This document shows positions 8,913-13,510 of a DNA stretch of 13,510 nt, in pieces; the stretch's first letter is position 1; the number at the start of each line of letters is the position of its first letter. Origin of the DNA: Candidatus Cloacimonadota bacterium. GTDB taxonomy: Bacteria; Cloacimonadota; Cloacimonadia; Cloacimonadales; WRIO01. The translations under genes and the position numbers were made by a program. The DNA lies in contig JAKQQL010000074.1 in NCBI GenBank assembly GCA_029564175.1, positions 1-13,510 of the forward strand. The letters run 5' to 3'. A model generated the notes under the pieces. That model searched no databases and was not told where the DNA came from. It worked only from the letters and a program-made list of their open reading frames with translations.

Positions 8913-9000
8913 CTTATCCCCCTTATATAAGTTTATAACAATCTGTTGACAATGATTAAAAATGTCAAGAAACTTATTGATTGCAAAATAAGGTGTTTCA

Positions 9001-9033
9001 AAAATACAAAGCCCGGATTATAAAACCCAGGCT
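9001..9033 (-). terminator. intrinsic terminator of rsgA
   Basis: Minus strand AGCCTGGG-TTTTATAA-TCCGGGCT followed by TTGTATTTT, 18 nt after the rsgA stop. Confidence 0.65.
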
Positions 9034-9051
9034 AAGTCTCATTGTTTACAA

Positions 9052-10140
9052 TTAGTCAAAGTCAGAAAAAAAAGAAGCTTTTTTCTGTATCTTTTCTTTA
9101 CGTTTCTCTTTCTTAATCCTCTCATTTGTCCTGTTTTGGAGTGTATTAAGTTCACTTTTTAGTTTTCGATAGGATTCTAATCTGGCTTCATTCAAAAATC
9201 CATTTTCAATGGCTTCTTTGACTGCACAGTCGGGTTCTGATCGATGTCTGCAATCAGAAAACCGGCATTGGGATTCAAGTTCCATTATATCGTCAAAGAG
9301 CTCATTTAGTTGTTCTTCGTTACCAATCACTTTGATATCTCTCAAACCCGGGTTATCAATAATGATCAAACCGGATGGCAAAATCGTCATTTCCCTGTGA
9401 GTGGTTGTGTGTTTGCCTCTGTTATCTCCTGTGCGAACTTCTTTTACCGTCATAACCTGATCTCCGTATAATCGGTTTAACAAGGTTGATTTACCTGTAC
9501 CGGATGCTCCAATTAAAGAAATGGTTTTCCCTGATTGCATATAATCAGCTATTTGATCAACGCCATAACCTGTCATTGCACTGATTTGAAAAACTGGCAT
9601 ATCTTTGGCAATTTGCTTTACTTCATTTTCTTTTTCGGAAGCATTGGAACAAATATCTGCCTTATTCAGCAGAATGACTCCCAGAGCACCACTTTCACGG
9701 ATTAGAAGCATGCATCTTTCAATCGTTCTAAGATTATAATCATACACCAACGAAACAACCAAAAAGACATAGTCCACATTTGCCGATAAAACTTGCTGAT
9801 CAGAACTGCCGGTTTTCTCAAAATTTCTGCCAAAAGTATCTTTCTGTTTTCGGCAAAAACAGGATGTTCTAGGTAAGACTTCAGTAATATGATATACTTC
9901 AGACTGTTTCCTTTTTTCGACCAAAACCCAATCCCCTACGGCAGGAAATTCTTTTCTGCTTTTGAATGATTTGAAGAGCAAGTCTCCTAATAAAGCCTCA
10001 AATTCTCCTTCTTCACTGATAATTTTATATCGGTTTCTTGATTCACTGCCAATTCTTGAAGGAATCACATTCTTTGCATTGCATCTTTGATATGCGTCTT
10101 CAAAATGGCTGTTCCAGCCTAATTCTTGTAAACAATACAT
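9052..10140 (-). CDS. rsgA: ribosome small subunit-dependent GTPase A
   Basis: OB fold (AVGDWV), circularly permuted GTPase (NKAD, GASGTGKST, GKHTTT, DNPG), zinc finger CRFSDCRH..EPDC. SD GGAGGA. Confidence 0.95.
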   Translation of the reverse strand: MYCLQELGWNSHFEDAYQRCNAKNVIPSRIGSESRNRYKIISEEGEFEALLGDLLFKSFKSRKEFPAVGDWVLVEKRKQSEVYHITEVLPRTSCFCRKQKDTFGRNFEKTGSSDQQVLSANVDYVFLVVSLVYDYNLRTIERCMLLIRESGALGVILLNKADICSNASEKENEVKQIAKDMPVFQISAMTGYGVDQIADYMQSGKTISLIGASGTGKSTLLNRLYGDQVMTVKEVRTGDNRGKHTTTHREMTILPSGLIIIDNPGLRDIKVIGNEEQLNELFDDIMELESQCRFSDCRHRSEPDCAVKEAIENGFLNEARLESYRKLKSELNTLQNRTNERIKKEKRKEKIQKKASFFSDFD

Positions 10141-10185
10141 TGTTCCTCCATAATTTTTTTGTGACTGAGGAACCTTTTTGGTTTC

Positions 10186-10227
10186 TCAGTTCTTTAATGA
10201 GCTCCTGTTTGCTTTTCTGACAATCAT
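10186..10227 (-). CDS. short uORF or gene remnant MIVRKANRSSLKN
   Basis: Strong SD AGGAGGA just upstream of the ATG, lying between the leader terminator and rsgA. Confidence 0.4.
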   Translation of the reverse strand: MIVRKANRSSLKN

Positions 10228-10251
10228 CTTTCCTCCTTTTTTGACTGAAAC

Positions 10252-10281
10252 AAAAAACCTGAAGGAATCCGTCCTTCAGGT
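10252..10281 (-). terminator. intrinsic terminator inside the rsgA 5' leader (attenuator)
   Basis: Perfect 10-bp stem ACCTGAAGGA-CGGAT-TCCTTCAGGT followed by TTTTTGTTT on the minus strand, with no long gene upstream to terminate. Confidence 0.8.
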
Positions 10282-10350
10282 CTATAAAATATATAAACAA
10301 ATGAGAACGGACTTCTCCGGCCTCATTTGCTATTCATTTTCTATTTTATC

Positions 10351-10437
10351 GTACTACAAGCATCTTGCTTGTAGCTTTATTTACGCAAGCTGGTAGCTTG
10401 CGCTACAACTTTTCTGCAAGCAGGATGCTCGCAGTAC
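10351..10437. repeat. cluster of three REP-like palindromes (BIME/REPIN-like)
   Basis: 10351-10373(+) GTAC-TACAAGCA-TCT-TGCTTGTA; 10384-10406(-) GTAG-CGCAAGCT-ACC-AGCTTGCG; 10415-10437(-) GTAC-TGCGAGCA-TCC-TGCTTGCA. Confidence 0.85.
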
Positions 10438-10476
10438 GGTTTTTAACTGATTCATAACAAAATCTGACCGGTTTGC

Positions 10477-10512
10477 TTATCTGGCATCTCCAATAGTATT
10501 GATCATTTTCAT
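10477..10512 (-). CDS. putative leader peptide MKMINTIGDAR
   Basis: Consensus SD GGAGGT 5 nt before the ATG, first ORF downstream of a TTGACA box at 10567-10572(-). Confidence 0.5.
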   Translation of the reverse strand: MKMINTIGDAR

Positions 10513-10545
10513 CTTATACCTCCGATTTGTTATTTGTATGTAATA

Positions 10546-10572
10546 AAAATATATAAGCATCTTTTTTGTCAA
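10546..10572 (-). promoter_or_regulatory. putative sigma70 promoter of the rsgA leader
   Basis: Perfect TTGACA at 10572-10567 followed by an AT-rich tract. The exact -10 is ambiguous. Confidence 0.45.
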
Positions 10573-10604
10573 GCATTGTTTTTTGTTTTTTTAGTAATTA
10601 TTTC

Positions 10605-10633
10605 TTGACAGGGTATCCAATAAAGATTAAGTT
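10605..10633 (+). promoter_or_regulatory. putative sigma70 promoter of the GNAT locus
   Basis: TTGACA-N17-TAAGTT upstream of SD AGAGGT and ATG 10652. Confidence 0.6.
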
Positions 10634-10651
10634 CTTAATAAGAGGTAAAAA

Positions 10652-10789
10652 ATGAAAATATTAAAATTAGAAAACAGATCAGAAGATTATATCTCTCATA
10701 TCATCAAGCATTTGATCATAGAAGATAAACACATCCCAAGAGCAGAAAACATACTCAGAAAATCAAAGAATATGAAGGTCAGCAAATGA
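10652..10789 (+). CDS. 45-aa ORF, probably the frameshifted N-terminus of the GNAT protein
   Basis: Has the promoter and SD AGAGGT. Its TGA overlaps the ATG at 10786 (ATGA). Confidence 0.5.
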   Translation: MKILKLENRSEDYISHIIKHLIIEDKHIPRAENILRKSKNMKVSK

Positions 10790-11484
10790 TCGGGCTTATT
10801 AATTTTAAATTTGCTCTTGAGAAAGGGGGTGTTTATTGTCCTGTTTATCTACTTGAAACTTATGCTATAAAAGATATTGCTCTTGTTTTAAACTACATAA
10901 AATCTGAATTTCCTGATATACAAATCACATTTTGTAAAATAATTAGTATGTTTTACAATAAGGCAGATCATCTAATAGAAGATAAAACCCTGCTATGTGA
11001 CAGAGATTTAACCATGAAACTGAGTCATCCGCTTCATAAAAAATTTGAAACAGAAGACTATATGTCAGCTTTCGAAGAATTAGAGTATTCTGAGCTTTTG
11101 AATATTCATCTGGATGCATATAGAGACGAAGTGCCGTATGCCGGAGAAGAGTGGTCTCCTCTTTTAGAATATTATCTAAATAAACAAAACCATAAGACTA
11201 TTGTCTGTCGTCATCATGGAGAAATTGCAGGGCTATGCCTGACGATTGAAGACGATAATGCCATAGGTTTGTATTCCGTATGCGTACCTCATCATTATCG
11301 TAATAAAAAAATTGGCTCATTAATGCTTAGTTATCTTTTTCAGGAGACAAATAAAAATGAATACAGGCTAAATGTCATAGAGACTAACATCAGTGCTTTT
11401 TCACTTTACAAAAGTTTTGGTTTTACTGTAAGTGAAATATCTGCACTTGTTTTCAATAACTCACCGGAATTTAAAGATGTCTGA
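10786..11484 (+). CDS. GNAT family N-acetyltransferase
   Basis: C-terminal GNAT domain: VCVPHHYRNKKIGSLML (motif A) and LNVIETNISAFSLYKSFGF (motif B). Confidence 0.85.
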   Translation: MIGLINFKFALEKGGVYCPVYLLETYAIKDIALVLNYIKSEFPDIQITFCKIISMFYNKADHLIEDKTLLCDRDLTMKLSHPLHKKFETEDYMSAFEELEYSELLNIHLDAYRDEVPYAGEEWSPLLEYYLNKQNHKTIVCRHHGEIAGLCLTIEDDNAIGLYSVCVPHHYRNKKIGSLMLSYLFQETNKNEYRLNVIETNISAFSLYKSFGFTVSEISALVFNNSPEFKDV

Positions 11485-12310
11485 TAAAAGTATTTTCCTC
11501 CAACTCTCTGAAAGCCTGGTCCAACTCTTCTTTTGTATTCATGACAATCGGCCCACCCCAGGCAATCGGTTCTTTGAGCGCCATACCTGAAAACAATATA
11601 AATCTGAGATTTTTATTTCCCGCTTTAACATGAAACAAATCACCTTTTTCAAAAAGAACAGCCTGATGATCAGAGATAGTGTCATCAGAATCAGAAAAGA
11701 CAGCTTCCCCTTCAAAGATGTAAATAAAAACAGTTGATTCATGATTTACATCCAGTGTCCATTCACATTCTGGCATTAGGCTCACGTCCATAATGTCTGC
11801 TTTGACATAATCTCCCTGCATGACAGCCGTATTATTTTGATAAGAACCAGATATCAGTCTTACCGTATGATGATTGGATTGAATAACAGGGATTTTATCT
11901 TGATCCAGATCATTGTATTTTGGATGAGTCATTTTGTCTTTAGCTGGGAGATTGATCCAAAGCTGAAATCCATATATGTGAGGAGAAGGCTTTGGCATTT
12001 CCTGATGCAATATACCACTACCGGCTGTCATCCACTGGCAATACTGATCTGTAATCTCACCTTTATTACCAAGAGAATCACTATGCTCAATCCGACCATG
12101 AATCAGATAGGTAACGGTTTCAATTCCTCTGTGCGGGTGCCATGGAAATCCTCTGATATAGTCATCCGGGTCTTTCGAATCAAAGGTATCCAGCATTAAA
12201 AAAGGGTCAAAATCATATACATCTTTATTCGCAATTACTCTCTGTAGTTTTACACCGGCTCCATCTTGCTGATATCTGCCACTGACAATTCTCTTAATCT
12301 TTCTGATCAT
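11471..12310 (-). CDS. pirin family protein
   Basis: DPFLMLD, GFPWHPHRGIETVTY, HSDSLGN, QWMTAGSGILHQE, QLWINLP and EPIAWGGPIVMNT. Confidence 0.95.
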   Translation of the reverse strand: MIRKIKRIVSGRYQQDGAGVKLQRVIANKDVYDFDPFLMLDTFDSKDPDDYIRGFPWHPHRGIETVTYLIHGRIEHSDSLGNKGEITDQYCQWMTAGSGILHQEMPKPSPHIYGFQLWINLPAKDKMTHPKYNDLDQDKIPVIQSNHHTVRLISGSYQNNTAVMQGDYVKADIMDVSLMPECEWTLDVNHESTVFIYIFEGEAVFSDSDDTISDHQAVLFEKGDLFHVKAGNKNLRFILFSGMALKEPIAWGGPIVMNTKEELDQAFRELEENTFIRHL

Positions 12311-12331
12311 TTTTCATCCTTTCTGCACTTA

Positions 12332-12384
12332 AACGACCAGGATGGTCGTTCTACAAATTTCGTACTGCGAGCATCTTGTTTACA
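12332..12384. repeat. divergent pair of REP-like palindromes
   Basis: 12332-12354(-) GTAG-AACGACCA-TCC-TGGTCGTT and 12362-12384(+) GTAC-TGCGAGCA-TCT-TGTTTACA, 7 nt apart. Confidence 0.8.
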
Positions 12385-12466
12385 GCTGATTTTTTGAAAG
12401 CTCACAATACGATGAATAAACATAATCCGCTTAGTTTCATCTTGTTTTCGATAATGAGCTATATTA

Positions 12467-12970
12467 TTACTTTTTTAAATGTTGTTCTATTAATGCTTTG
12501 TTTTTTGCTACAAAGGAACTTGCCGGGTCATGTCCGCATTTTCTGCAAACCAGGTCATAAGATGAGTTGATTGCTTTACACTCAGGGCATTCATATTTTT
12601 TGGTCATTCTTTCTGTCCAGTCTTCAATAGACATCTTTTTAGCAGCATTCAAATCATCCCATAATTCCAATCTGTGAGGCGCTTTACCCTGAAACTCTTT
12701 CAATGCTTCGCATGGATATGTCTCGCATTGAGAACAGAAATCAATTCCTTTATCAGTCGCACAGGTTTTGAAATGGCATTCTTTGCAATGAGATCCAACC
12801 CGTTCAGAACGGCAACCAAGACATCTGACGAATTCAATACTTTCATTGAAACGGTTTGCAATCATTTTTAAACGATTTTCGTCTTCTGTGGAACCTATAT
12901 ACAAAGAACAGGCATTACAGAATAAACCGCAGATGGCTGCTTTTTCGAGTAATGGATTTTTCTGATTCAT
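12467..12970 (-). CDS. DUF3795 domain Cys-rich protein with C-terminal zinc ribbon
   Basis: CGLFCNAC, CLGCRS, C..KTCA..KGIDFCSQCETYPC, CPEC...CRKC. SD AGGAG. Confidence 0.85.
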   Translation of the reverse strand: MNQKNPLLEKAAICGLFCNACSLYIGSTEDENRLKMIANRFNESIEFVRCLGCRSERVGSHCKECHFKTCATDKGIDFCSQCETYPCEALKEFQGKAPHRLELWDDLNAAKKMSIEDWTERMTKKYECPECKAINSSYDLVCRKCGHDPASSFVAKNKALIEQHLKK

Positions 12971-13060
12971 TTTTACTCCTATAATTTTGTAATAATAGAA
13001 CAGTATAAAAGTTCCTTTCTTGCTTTGTCAATAGAATTTTTACTATTTTTGTATTTCTGC

Positions 13061-13090
13061 TTGACAAAAACGATTAACTGCTTATATTGT
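13061..13090 (+). promoter_or_regulatory. putative sigma70 promoter of ssrA
   Basis: TTGACA with TATATT/TATTGT at 16/18-nt spacing, about 20 nt before the mature 5' end. It is back-to-back with a minus-strand TTGACA near 13026-13031 that faces the DUF3795 gene. Confidence 0.6.
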
Positions 13091-13108
13091 CTTTAGTCAT
13101 ACATTCAC

Positions 13109-13450
13109 GGGGGTGAATGGATTCGACAGGGATAGAGTGGATTATCAATGCGTGCCGGGGAGCTAACCTACCCGTTAAACTGGTTGGAACGCTTAAATGC
13201 AAACGAAAATTACGCTTTAGCTGCTTAGTCGGCTACGGTCTCAATGGGATGGCAACACGCTCAGAAGAGATTGTTATACATTGTTGCTACTTTGAACTGA
13301 TGTCTGTAAGTTCAAGGGAAATTCACAGACTTGGCGGACCAAAGTTTTGATTGCTTTATATGGCCTGCTGAAAACCAAAAACAACTACGCCCGTAGATTT
13401 GGTAGTTGACATATCTTTGGACGCGGGTTCAATTCCCGCCACCTCCACCA
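13109..13450 (+). ncRNA. ssrA: transfer-messenger RNA (tmRNA)
   Basis: 5' GGGGGTGAA-TGGATTCGAC pairs with 3' CACCTCC-ACCA including the G3-U alanine determinant. T-arm GCGGGTTCAATTCCCGC. Tag frame 13199-13228 encodes ANENYALAA-stop. Confidence 0.97.
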
Positions 13451-13510
13451 ATTTATGAATTATTACAATAGTAATAACTTACTTTTTAATGAATCATTTA
13501 CTGATTGAAT

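Noticed and set aside
6621..9400. Small ORFs overlapping the TPR, peptidase and rsgA genes
   Set aside because: Antisense or out-of-frame shadows of strong genes.
10038..10396. 60-72 aa ORFs across the rsgA leader
   Set aside because: They run through terminator and REP hairpins and lack convincing SDs. The region is better explained as a regulatory leader.
10351..10437. REP triplet as a mini CRISPR array
   Set aside because: Units are non-identical, in mixed orientation and only 8-10 nt apart, with no cas genes.
11471..11484. 14-bp convergent overlap of the GNAT and pirin genes
   Set aside because: Short 3' overlaps are common and uninformative.
11539..12871. Small ORFs within or antisense to the pirin and DUF3795 genes
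   Set aside because: Shadow ORFs. The 12376 ORF starts inside a REP unit.
13117..13350. 77-aa ORF
   Set aside because: Lies entirely within the tmRNA gene.
9052..13450. rsgA, GNAT, pirin, DUF3795 and ssrA as one ribosome-rescue system
   Set aside because: Mixed orientations and separate promoters. Proximity alone is not evidence without synteny data.

Overview
AT-rich bacterial chromosomal window; the style of its secreted proteins suggests Candidatus Cloacimonadota or a related FCB lineage (inference). Contents in order: a large secreted beta-helix/DUF1565/PKD/FlgD-Ig protein, a basic 191-aa orphan, a Cof-type HAD hydrolase, purN, a TPR protein with a probable beta-barrel, a signal-peptide S9 (oligopeptidase B-like) peptidase, rsgA, a GNAT acetyltransferase that may be frameshifted, a pirin, a DUF3795 Cys-rich protein and the tmRNA gene ssrA (tag ANENYALAA). 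The most notable features are non-coding. (1) A roughly 400-nt rsgA leader contains short uORFs (two with strong SD) and a protector/antiterminator/terminator set, i.e. a candidate ribosome-sensing attenuator. (2) Seven 23-nt REP-like units share the geometry GTAN foot + 8-bp stem + 3-nt loop while their stem sequences vary compensatorily. (3) A 38-bp duplication around one REP creates a 25-aa ORF that relays translational coupling from purN to the next gene. No transposase, integrase, CRISPR array or recognisable defence system is visible.
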